Source of the DNA: Lepidodermella squamata
Lineage: Eukaryota; Animalia; Gastrotricha
Reading direction: 5' to 3'
Assembly (NCBI GenBank): GCA_047495785.1
Contig: JBLDXI010000013.1
Location: forward strand, 1,240,001 to 1,304,000
Length of the DNA stretch: 64,000 bases
Part shown: piece by piece, positions 24,791 through 36,552 of the stretch
How the letters are laid out: every line of letters begins with the position of its first letter
Position numbering within the stretch: position 1 is the stretch's first letter
Position numbers and translations under genes: made by a program
Notes under the pieces: model-generated
The model's input: only the letters and a program-made list of their open reading frames with translations
What the model was told of the DNA's origin: nothing
Databases searched by the model: none

Positions 24791-27700
24791 CGCTGATTTC
24801 AAAACGTTAACTTTGAAACCTATGGGCAAAACAATTCAGTGGAGATTAATTTGCGCGCCAAAATTAGAAGGTATGTTTAGTAATGACGACGACAGGAACT
24901 GTGTAATAGCTGTATAGCGGCTTATTTTGGCATTTTTATTTGGCAGCCGACGACCGGCGACCGGCGGCGGCATTTCTCGTTAATTGCACGTGCGCTCACT
25001 GCAATAGAGGCCGCAAAGCCAAACGCGACAAGCCTTGTTCTTCACTACACTGGCAGTAGTAAAACGAACAGCGACGTTTTCATTCGCGAGTAGTTGTGGT
25101 AGTTTCTCGAGGGCAGAAGACAAGATGCAATTTTAAATTTGCAACCGTCGTCGTCGGTGTTTAATTTTTGAAAGTATACAATGGTACAAAGCGGCGACAG
25201 TCGCGCGCTGCTCTCAAGTCTGAAAAAAGCGAATAGCTTAATGCTATTATAGAAACACGGCGAAAATTTCATGACGAAACGCTGCATGCAGTTGATAGGC
25301 GAGTGAGAGAGAGAAAGAGAGCTCGCGATGTGATGTAGTCGGTTTGTCACCACCACCACGTCACGCGTTGAAATTCTACAAATAAAAAAAAACAACAAAA
25401 AGATAAAAGCCACGAAACAACAAAACGACCCGCTTTCCTCAACGCAACACACCGGCTGAAAAATTATAATAATAGTTATTATTATTGCCGTTTCAACATT
25501 GTTGCCGTATTATAACTGCTACGTGAGTAAAGCGCGGAAAAAATTGTAATATTATTAATGACAACTCGAGAAAAGCGCGAATGGCGCCATCATCAGCACA
25601 GGCGAATTAACGACAAAATAATACGCAAGAAGCAGCTAAACAGAAAAAATGCGAAGATTATCATCGCTAAAACCTTCGCGCTTGTATCATCGCTTGCTCG
25701 TGCACCTGATGGCATGATCCGATTCTGCGGTGATGTAAGGCGGCAGGTGAACCCACACTGGAGACTGCCACTAGCTTAATGTGGTGTAAATTAATCTCAT
25801 AGTGGACGTAAAAAACGGCGTGGCCAATCGCGACAGAAAAACATGATGTGTAGAAATAAATAGCCATGCTTGCTCTGCAGAATGGAGTCGATTTCTGTGC
25901 AGTTAAATTATGCACTAATTCACCGTTCACCGCAATGAAAACTGCGAATGTGCGAGTATCAAAAGCATCATAATAGTATTTGCTAGTCGCCTCCTACTAA
26001 TTCACCAGTAAAGGCCGCGCCGCGACCACGCCCTAGAAAAAAACCGAAATAATAATAATGTATGTATCTCGCTGCGGGCTGCTGCGATTTTTGTTCGCAT
26101 GATGGACGTTGAGCCGTGTTTTTTCCCTTTCAAGCAAGCGATTTTTTTTTTAGAATACGCCGTTAGAAAACGCCCTGCTGTTAATATACACAGTCCATAA
26201 TAAATATAAATAGCTGGATACAGAAGACGCTAAGAAAAAACATTGTACAGCTTTGATGGCAAAAGAAGGAAGTAAAAGGTGCCGATAAGTAAAATAAAAA
26301 GGTGCCTGCTTATTCTGCACCTGCCCGAGGCACGCACTACAATATATGAAGAAAAAGCGACACGTGCTCCCTGCTCAAGGCAATAAAATTTGAACGATCA
26401 TTAGCGCGGCCAGGCTGTTCGCAAATGCGGTTTTTACGGCTTTTGGTTGGCCGAGCTAAAAGGCGTGGGTGAGGTGGTATATTAAATTAGCTGCTGTGAG
26501 GCAAACAACAGCGACGACAAAAGCGACACGCGCGATATGCGATGGATGGCATTGAAAAATATTAAGGCGCATTGCAATTATCCTTGCGCATCAAAAAAAA
26601 TTATTGAAAAAATCTTAGAAAATTAGGGCGGCCCACGAGTCAGATCTGACCCGTCCAAGTTGTATAGAAATATTTACCAATATCCGAAACCTAGAGTAGT
26701 ATGGCCATTAATCATTTGACAGCCGCAAGTGAAAAGCGCATGATCACCTGTGCGACTCACACAAAAACAAAACACGCGAAAATATGCCGGCTTAGCGATA
26801 ATATTACGAGGAATTAGCAGTAATCTATCGCGCACGAGCTAATCTAGCTGTAAAATAACGTTTTTCAGCTGTTCCGCATTAGCCATATAAATTTTGCAAC
26901 AACAGCGAATACCTATATATAACCTATATAAAGTGGCTGAAAAATGGCAAATACGTGATGAAAATTAGAAAATTAATCGGCCATAAGAATAAGCAGAGCA
27001 ATCACCTGGTGCCAACCAAACAATTCGCTATGGTGTGTGGCGTGATTTCTGGATGCAAAAAGAAAAATGACGTTAAGCAATGCATGATGGTTGTGGGTAC
27101 GAAAACAGCGTGCAGACGATGCGGAAAGACGAATCTCATTTATAACGATCAACGAAGCTCATTTTTTGTCAGTTGTTGTGTAGAGCAATAACAACGTGGT
27201 TGCATGAAAAAAAATGGGCAAAGCACTGAATAACCTCGATGCTTTATCGTGGTTTTTTATTTTTGAGCTGGCAGCAGCAGCGGATGTAAATCGGGACACG
27301 GTAGGGAAATCGCACTATCTTATGATAATTTTGACAGGTATTCCTGTAACGCAATAGCCAAACGTTTTACAAATGCAACATTCATGTTTGGTATATTAAC
27401 CTTGCAGTATAAGGCAAAGTAACGTGGTCAAGGGCTAAGAGCATAAATAGACAATATCATTCCATTCAGCGAGCGTCCCTGTTTGTGCCAAAATGTGGGC
27501 AAAATGCGCTGAATGCGATAAGTGAGTGACACGATGTTGTCGTTGCGCCGGTATGAGTCAAGCGCAGTGGGCTCCTTTGTCAACCCGACGATGCGCCTCA
27601 AACCGTATACAAGTGAGCATATTCGTATATAGTCGTATATACTTGCTATAACGTGGGCTATTGCAAAGCAGCTCATTATTATATTTCGCGTTTATTACGA

Positions 27701-28401
27701 TGTAGCGTGATGTTTGTCGCTGTTTATCATAGAGCGACGAACACCTGGTTTATATAGCAACTTAAATGAAGCCCTCGAGCAGGACGCTACTTCGGACCAA
27801 GAACTTGACCGGACGTTATTAGTTGATAAGATGCAATGCATTTCGAGTATAGGTCGAAGTTCTATAAGCGGTTTTTGTTTTACTCGAATTCCATATGCCG
27901 AACAATTTGGCTGAAAACCGCGAGTATATTTTTAGTGACCGAGTCCTGAACTTGATTGCACAGCAGGAGGAAAGTACTACAGAATATTTGAGGAATCTTG
28001 CCAAATCTAGCTAATAGCTGATTCTGGCTAGGGTTTCACAGCTCGAAATCTGAGCTGCGGAAGCTCCCACGCAAAATTTCGCAAATCGCTCGAGCACCCG
28101 CTCTATCCAAATTTTTCTCAGCCATGATCGGGTTCATTTCACGTAAAAGCGTAGTGTGAGCGCATGTTTCATCTATCAACGGACAAGCTGAATCGTACAG
28201 ATTTTTCCAATTTTATTCCAATTATTGTCGTTCCACTTCGCAAGTTTCATCAATAAATTGCGGTGCGACGAGCAAAAAAACGAGATCATGGTAGCTGAGA
28301 TCACATGAAACACACACAATTATACATCATAAGATTTGCCACGCACTAAATATATGAGTGTTGATATCAATTGAAGATGGGTATCCATAACACTTTTAAA
28401 A

Positions 28402-30161
28402 TCAAACAGTTCCGCCTTGTTTCTCAGCCAATTTCCTGAAATGAGTTGAATTTTTGAACTCATAATATAATGAAAATAGCACGTGTAGCGACTGAACTCG
28501 AGACTTTGACACGGGTATGTCCATGAGACCTGAAAGCAAAACATTTTAATTAACGGAAATTTGATTTTAAAATTGAAATACCGCATATAAGATCAACGTA
28601 AGTTGGCAGATCACAGTCGAGCTCAGCAGTCGGTAGGCGGCACTCCCTTAGGAAATGCTCGAATTCTGCCGGCCATTCTTGCATCAGCGTGTCAATGTCG
28701 GGCATATTACGGGAGTAGTGGACTGAAGTTGGAGGGCGTTCGCGATGTAGCGTCCTGATGTTGTTTATCCAATTATCGATCAACTTCACGTTCTTGTTCG
28801 CCTTCTCAATACTTCGCACCTGCTCGATTGCATCTCCCGATCCGGCTTGCTTGCCGAGTTGCCTGAATTTCAGGTGAAGAATTGTTGGATCGGACTGGTC
28901 ACTCGACGGCTCGTCTAGCACGAGAAGCCCGAGACCGTCTGGCTTGCCATCAGGGCGTGGCACTTTGATAAATGCATCGATATCACCGACGGATGGGATG
29001 AAGTTAGGAATAAAGCATTTCAATTTGTGGTCCAGGTCAATATTTGTCGGTTGGTAACGAGTGATAAACTTGAACAGTTCCTTTACATCCGGGCTGACTT
29101 GCAAAGACTCATATTTAGCAGGATTGTAAGCGCTGAAATTAAATTAAATAGGGCGTAATTATTATTTACCAATCGAATTGTCTCTTACCCAATAAATTGC
29201 TGCTGCTCCATATCTTCATCGCCCTCCTCGTCATCTTCATCTTCATCTGAATGATAGAATACAGGAGTTATACTTCATGTGATTAAAGCAATATACCGTC
29301 ATCGTCCATATCTTCATCCTCTCCATCGTCTTCGTCGCCTTGCTGGCTCGACTGTCCACGTCTGAGGGCTAGTTCTTGCTGGCGGCTCATCTGCTGTTGC
29401 TGGTCGCCACGCTGGCCGCGGCTAGAAGCAGCCGAAGGTCTGGTCTGGCCGCTGTACATGCCTCCTTGTGGATTGTTAGCCGCGGCTCTGGCGGCGGCTT
29501 CTGTGATTGAAGCGGCAGAACGAGCTCCAATCATTTCAGCGTTCCCGCCATGGCCAATCGAAGCCATCGATCCATCGTCATCGTCTGGTATGCTATCAGT
29601 ATCGAGACCACGAGGTCTGCCTAAATTTGCAAACATTAATAATCAGTTGTTGAGATGAGCAATCTTGATAAATTATGTACAACGTAGAAAACCACGATAT
29701 AACGAACATTCAATTTTCTAGACTACCGTGTCTCATCTCACAATAAGACAATACAAATGAACAAATGCAATGAGAATACTGCCTACCTTTGCTAGATTTT
29801 GGTCGAGACTCTTGAAATTCAAAATAACGGGTATTACAGATAACGTAATTAATAAATGATAGCAAACTACGCTACAGCATATTCAGAAGCATTTACAGAA
29901 ATTATATAAATCATAAGCACCGCAAACTTACTCATACCCGGACCACCAGTGGCCTCTCCTGGCCCTAAGCCACCGCCAGCTTGACGAGGGCTTGTCGGGA
30001 AACTAGGAATATCGTCTTGATCCGCCACATCAACCGCTTCATCATAAGGGTGATTCGAATACAGCTTGGTCTTTCAAGCAAAAACAAGGTTTCACTTCCT
30101 GTTTTATAGTACCTCAGAAATCGCTTACATTCTTCATTTGATCATCGTCAGAATCCGCCAT
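28402..30161 (-). CDS. IFT46: Intraflagellar transport protein 46
   Basis: Exons 30161-30129, 30070-29932, 29810-29787 (24-nt micro-exon), 29620-29297, 29246-29189, 29132-28582 and 28529-28402; NHPYDE, acidic tract, AYNPAKYESLQVSPDVKELF, FIPSVGDIDAFIKVPRPDG, LDEPSSDQSDP, MPDIDTLMQEWP and SLHVLFSLYYEFKNS. Confidence 0.96.
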
Positions 30162-30346
30162 TGCTCAATGCTCGTAATGATAATAGTGAAAATTTAATGC
30201 AAAAATTAAACTGAATCCTATAGCACTGAAAAGCCAAGATTAAGCATCACTACTACCAGGTACAAACAAGCTGAAAATGCTGAATGCTATAAATGAGCGA
30301 AACAGCTGAATAGTCATTCTTCCAACAGGCCTCACTTTCATTTTCA

Positions 30347-30360
30347 GTAACCGATGTTAC
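30347..30360. promoter_or_regulatory. X-box-like (RFX) palindrome upstream of IFT46
   Basis: GTAACCGATGTTAC lies about 185 nt upstream of the IFT46 ATG; IFT genes are established RFX targets. Confidence 0.4.
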
Positions 30361-31221
30361 AGGTATGGCATTAGGTGATCGAGTCGTTCAGGCTTAAGGC
30401 CTAGTCAAAGATATTGTTTTTCATGCTCCTTCCGAGGCATTTGCTCAGATGAAAACGAAAATAGCTTCTTTATGCCGCAGTAATGACACATCTTTACTCA
30501 GATAGAAAAAAACCCGGAAGAATGTGATGATGGAGCAACCAAGCGATTATATGAAGATGATGATAATAAGGCGGATTCGCTACGAGAGCGGTCTTCCATC
30601 CAACGGGGGCGTCAGTTACATTTTCTCGGAAGAAACGAACAAGCAATACGTCAGCATATTCTGCTTCTAACAGTGCTTTCTCAAGTCTTAAGAACTTTTT
30701 GAGAGTGACATTGAAAGTAATTCAGTTGTATTATTCGAAGAATTGGGGTAGTCGATTGAAGTTAATTCTCAGCGATGTTTCGACTTTCGCCCTCTCATCA
30801 GAAAATCAGAATTCAAGGCATGAAGTGTGGTAAAGACGATGCTACAGACTACAGAACCCAATAATCAATCTTAATTTTGCCATTCTCTGTGACGACCACT
30901 GAGAGACCGAAAAACGTCGCAGTGAAATCTAGTACAATCGACTAACACAATTATTCAAAAGATAAAACTGACACTTTCTGCAGATCTCATTGATGCTACA
31001 TTGATACTACCAGTCGTAGAATTTGCCCGCATCGATAAATCAGAAGCTGAGTTAACGAGTCATTGGAGTTACAAAACCTGAAGGCTGAAGGGCACTCGTG
31101 TAATTTCGTAGGGGTTTAACAACCATTATCAGTCACATAAAAATCACTGACTATGAATAATACGAATGGAGAGCACCACCAGCAGGACAAGCCGTTTCAA
31201 AAACCAAACGCTATGAAATGC

Positions 31222-31342
31222 GCCCCAAGCAACTACTTCCCGAGCAGTGCGCTGTAAGCTAGCAACTTCCAGCGCAGTTGTGCACCCCTTGCTTTGGAAG
31301 CAGTGCTTGGGAAGCAATGCGCAGGAAGCAGTTGCTTGGGGC
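31222..31342. repeat. Small foldback / inverted-repeat element
   Basis: gccccaagcaactacttcc (31222-31240) pairs with ggaagcagttgcttggggc (31324-31342) at 18 of 19 positions; internal reiterations of the ggaagca(g/a)t / cttcc unit. Confidence 0.55.
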
Positions 31343-32046
31343 ATCTGGCATCTGAAACGCATACTCGCTGCCTAACTTGACACTGACTCGACGCACGTCT
31401 CGAGCCTCATGTAAACGTCTCCAAGAATATAATAATTAAAATGTGCACAAATTTACAAATATAATAAAAATACTGAATTTGTAATTATTATTTAAATACG
31501 GTCAATACGTTTTGGCAGAATTTTCAAAAAAATGTTTCATTCATAGTTTTTTTGCGGAGTTGCCATCATGGACAATTTTTCTCTACCGTAATTTCCGCAT
31601 TTATAGATAATAATGGGCAACCTCATAAAGGTATTGCTTTGAGCTAATCAAAATAAAAATTGGCCTCAGTAAAATCATCGTCGAAATAATGGGTAGCCTC
31701 AAAAATAGACTGGGTTGAAAATGAAGAAATATAGTAAATCGGTTATTTTTACCTCGGGTAATACGGTAGGTAAAAACTGGATAAAATGTTGCCTGCAAAT
31801 TTCAATTTCTGCACTGGCCTATGTTTAATGCCTGGATTTATATATGAGTCCGACGCCAAATTTAGTGCAATATTAAAATACACAAAATTAACGAGAACAA
31901 AAATTGTGGGACTTACGACCTACGATGAAAATATAAGAAGCAAAAAGAAAATTTCATGATAAACGAGTGGCTACGGCTCATCTTTTATTATCTCAAATGT
32001 AACTATTTTGGTTGATCAGTGCTTTTCTTTTATCGCTTGAATCTCA

Positions 32047-33852
32047 TTAGGGACGATTTGCGCTTTGTTGCACCAGTGGCATCGACGTCTCATCTTCCAC
32101 ACCTTGCGGCACATCGCCCTTTCGAACATCAGCACCAGCGCCGCTGGATTGATGGGCAGCATCGTGTGATGATTCACCAACTTCCCACAGGTATTCATCT
32201 TCGAATAGCTGATTTTCCTCAACGACATCGAACACTGGCAATCGAAGAATGAATCCTGCATTAATTGAGACTCAATTAGAGATCGAAGAAATAATAAGGA
32301 AATAAGCAAACCGGTGATAGCACCTGAGAGCAATGCTACTCCTAACGTTACAATCATGGCTAAGAACTGATAACCAGCTTGAGATGGCGCTGATCGCTCA
32401 TCTCCGAAGCCAAACGATTCCAATTGTGAATCAAGTCTACTCGACGCAGATTTTCCTAGAATCTCAAGTGTTTCATTGTAGTATGACGACCATTTGCTTT
32501 CGGGAAGCCTTGCGGGAAACTTTTCGTACAAAGTCAAGCCATACTGGTCCAATGAAGCGCTGCTCGCCATCATACCACCTGAATTATGAGCATTTAATTG
32601 GCGAGTTTGACCGCAGTTACAGCGAAAAGCAAATACCTATAAAACCAGCTAACAGTCCAGGCATGCCGTGCAAATTCTGCCGCGGTTAGTTGAAAAAAGC
32701 CGATGAGAACTATTAAGGGAATCGCCATTGCAAACTTACATGTACTCCGCAAGTATCATGAATTTTCAGATATTTATTCATTGCAGGAGACAGAAATCTT
32801 ATATTTGCGCAATATATAAACATTTTGCCGCAAATTGATTGAAAATTTTACTTGTAGCCAAGAACTGAAATGATTCCAGAAAGAGCTCCGATGATCATTG
32901 CACCGAAAGGCCTCACTAACAGGTCAGCTGCAGTTCCAATAGCAACCCCGCCAGCTAAAGTTGCGTTTTGAATGTGAACCATATTAAAGCGCCCATCGCA
33001 AAGCCAAGACACGATAAATGTCGTGACGCAGCAAGCTGCTAACGAATAATATGTGTTGATAAATGCTCGGCTTTGTTCTGCTCCAAGAAGAGCGCCTCCG
33101 TTGAAAGAGGGCCAGAACATCCACAAGAAAACGGTACCGATCATTGCAAACATGTCGGAATTGTACGACGCGCCTTCCTTGTCTTTGCATTTCTCCACGT
33201 CCTTACGATGAAGAACAAAAGCTACTGCTAATCCGAAATACGCGCCAAAAGTGTGGACGAAAATCGAAGCCCCAGCATCAGTCACTCTAAATTTGTGAAC
33301 GCCGATGTACTCATTTGCTTGGGCACAAGCGATTTCGATAAGCGCCATAATTCCTAATTGAGTCGGGCTGGCTTTGCCCAAAACTGCGCCCATCGATATC
33401 AATACGGTTGCCGTAGCAAAATCAGCGGTTAGCATGCTGTTCAGATTAATGCTAAATCTCAAGTTCTCATCCAAGGAGAGAAAGCCTCTGACTAGCGTAG
33501 CCCATTGCAGGCAAAACGACGCGAGCATGAAGTTTAAGGCCACCTGAAAAAATATGTTACCGTTTTTACCTATCGAATTTCAGAAAGATATTACGCTTGA
33601 ATAGCTATATCGCTTCAGGAAGGTCATTAGGAATCCGAAACCGACGAACATCATTACGTGAACATCCTGAAACGCGGCGTAAGCGTTCGGATGTTGCACC
33701 GTTTCATCCTCCTTAATCTTCGCAGGTAAGGCTTCACTGTCGTACTGTCCAAATAGCGCAAAGAGGACGATGATGCTTATTTGAAGGCTTCCGATCAGGA
33801 GCGGGAATGTCACCCGCTGGGCACTGTAACCTCGATGCCGTGTAGTGGCCAT
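32047..33852 (-). CDS. Rh-family ammonium/ammonia transporter, paralogue B
   Basis: Exons 33852-33595, 33543-32852, 32797-32740, 32676-32637, 32578-32312 and 32255-32047; the same Rh signature motifs (HTFGAYFGL, WMFWPSFN, HIQNATLAGG, DTCGVHNLHGMPG). Confidence 0.97.
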
Positions 33853-34214
33853 TTTTATCAGCTTCCTCTTCTACGCCCTGTAAAATTACTGCCTCGAATG
33901 TGAAAAATGTGTGGATTACGCCTCTGACCATTTTTTGATGGTCAGTGTTATCCGAGCTGCGGGTGTGTGCTATCTCTTGCGACTACTACGAGATAAGCTT
34001 AGCGCGGCGTTTATTTGACCCACACATTATCTGTTTAATTTAGGTTTAATTGATAACGAAATTTCCATGAATAACACACCGCCTTCGTATTATGAAACTT
34101 CAACAAGGGACGGAGATTGCCATAGATACAAACGCCTTTTACTTCTTTCAAACATGTTACTTTAAGCAGTACTGAGAAAATTGACAGAAAAAACGAAAAT
34201 GATAATAACGAGTC

Positions 34215-35925
34215 TCATTGTAGCATGCAACTTTCACTGCGTCCTGACCCGAAAGTTTGGACGTAGTAAACGCCTCCACCAGACTTCGGTGCTTGACCCG
34301 CTCCCATGTAAGTGTTGTCGCTCATGATGTTAGCGTAGTGGCCGGGTGAGTTCATCCACTGTTGGAAGGCACCAGTCAGCGACCCACTGTTCCACGCAAT
34401 GTTCTCCGCATAGCTGTTCCAGTGAAAACCAACGCGTTCGAAACGCACACCAGGATCGCTGCCATCTGAGCCCGTGTGGCTGAAGAAGTTGTTCGTAGAC
34501 ATGTCATTAGCATGATTTTGAGCGGCTTGATTGAGTTTCCTTCGAAATCAGAGAATCGGGAATCAGAAATGAAAGCAGTTTTATATATCAACTTACGAAT
34601 TCAAGCAGAAGGCAGGCTTTCCATTCTGAGCGCGAGCGTTGTTGACAAGATCCAACAGCTGATTTTGCCATATCTGACCTCGAGTAGTAGTCGACGGTAT
34701 CGTGGCGCGGGTGGTCGTTAGCCGACGAGTTGTTGCTTCAGTTGTCAGTGGTTCAGTTTGTGTTGTCGGTGGTTCGGTTTGTGTTGTCGGCGGGTCGGTT
34801 TGTGTTGTCGGTGTAGTAGTACTTTCCGGCAGTGGCGTGGTTGTTGTAGTCGATGACGTTTCAGAGCTTGTCGTAGTCGCTGGAATCTCTTGCCGTCCCC
34901 GCTGCGATTGTTGGGCAATGAAGTTGTAAAACGAGCAGATTCGATTGAAGACCAGAGTTTGGATCTTTGAAGCCGAACAAAATGCGCCGCCCGAACTGCC
35001 GCCATTTTTACCAAAATCGGTAGCGATACCCATACATTGATTGCCGCAAAACAAGGGCCCGCCCAGGTAAACGACAGATCGGCCACAAAATTGGGACTGG
35101 GACGTAGCGCAAACTTGCTGATCTGCCACCGGCATCGAACCGCCGCATTGCTGTCGCGAAATTGAATTCAAATTCAAACTCACAGGAATCAAGGTCTGGT
35201 CTATAAACAAAAATAATTGTAAAGAAATTTCACTCAAAAGCAGCGGCAAACCGACCTGATTTGTAAACCCAGCCAAGCGCAACAACAGAGCTGCAACCAT
35301 CAAACGTTGTCCCGATTGGGTTTGTGTCAGTGTCGCAAACGCCTGCCGACAACAAAATTGCCGGGTCGACATTGGAAACACTCGGTAGAGCATCAGCAAG
35401 TTCTAAGAAAGTGTAACTCCATTCTGCCGAAGTAGAATTGAAGACGACACTCTTCACAAATCGAACGTACTTCTTGCCACTTGCGCCCCCGGTATTGGTC
35501 AAACCGGCGGATACCCGAATCCTTGAAAAAATTCAATAAAATAAAGATACCAATTTTGAAATAGCTAACGTTTTCGCCAGTTTTTGCGTTTGAAGATCCA
35601 TTACGCATTGAATAGTTGTTAGCACGATTACAGGTGAGATTAAGGTGCCGGCACATTGACGCATTTCGCCGCTTCGAAGCTGCGATTCGATGTAAACAAC
35701 CGATTTGAAAAGGTCACCAGATGCCGTCAGGAGATCATTCGAAGTTCTCACTGCCTCGAAAGCAGTTGAGGGAGGGCTAGCCTCGGCTAAAATGGCATTA
35801 TCGAGCTCGATTTCGAAAAATCGTCGGACGGACGGTGGATCCCCCGGAGGTAAATGCGTTTCTTCGGCATAGGCCGAGGTAACTAGAATCGAACTCAAGC
35901 AAAGAAAAGCTGTGAATACTCTCAT
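34215..35925 (-). CDS. Secreted chimera: inactive trypsin-fold domain + Thr-rich linker + microbial-type CAP/SCP domain
   Basis: Exons 35925-35570, 35521-35256, 35200-34597 and 34539-34215. Signal peptide; CAGTLISPVIVLTTIQCV (His to Gln), LGW and VYLGGPLFC (Ser to Leu); TTQTEPP repeats; LLDLVNNARAQNG..LNSKLNQAAQNHANDM..FFSHTGSDGS..AENIA..WMNSPGHYANIM..YYVQTFG. Confidence 0.88.
34750..34812 (-). repeat. Coding tandem repeat, 21-nt unit x3 (PTTQT[D/E]P)
   Basis: Three copies of gtttgtgttgtcgg with 21-nt periodicity. Confidence 0.8.
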
Positions 35926-35983
35926 ATTTGGTTAATTTCAACCTTGGATCTTGCGACTACTGGCATTGATGTTGTCAGCAAGC

Positions 35984-35991
35984 CTTATATA
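35984..35991 (-). promoter_or_regulatory. TATA box of the trypsin-CAP gene
   Basis: TATATAAG on the minus strand, about 60 nt upstream of the ATG at 35925. Confidence 0.45.
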
Positions 35992-36552
35992 TGTATACGA
36001 AGGTGAGAAAAAAAAACGTGTTACAAGTCGATTGTCTTTGCTTTATTTTATAAATCTGATTATCATCCTTGCGCTCTGACACGTTATTCCCGCGAATTAT
36101 TTCCATCTTTGAAAGGACTCACGCGAGAGTACAGATGGCAGATATTATTTACATGTTTCCGACAGAGGTTCGGGCAGTTTAACATTAATAAATTACATTG
36201 TTTCTTTCACCGCCTTATAAAATAGAAAACTTTTTTGGAGACATTTACAACAATTTCAGGAAGAGGTTCATAAATCAGGTCCATCCTTCTGCGGACATTT
36301 TCGCATCGTAAAAAATGGCAGTAAATCATAGCTTGTGTTTGTTTTTAAACATCCGCAAACACATAAATAAACCAGTTGTCGACAGCAAATACACATATTA
36401 TATTATAGCCCGGTAATAAAAGATGATTACGACAACGATCACAGGTTGGCGAAATATCGAAAGCTGGAGCAAAGAGAAATTCTTTAGTTAAATAGAGATA
36501 GTATAGCCGCGAAATTTGATGAGATGCATCTGAATCATATCCGTTGCACATT

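Noticed and set aside
27700-28130. Short protein-like ORFs downstream of IFT46
   Set aside because: No homology recognised and no consistent splice model.
30365-31090. Coding-looking + strand sequence divergent from IFT46
   Set aside because: Stops interrupt the frames I translated and no family was recognised; it may be a pseudogene or lncRNA but cannot be supported.
35926-36552. DPP to trypsin-CAP to Rh-B as an operon
   Set aside because: The gaps are 360-630 nt and the CAP gene has its own TATA-like box.
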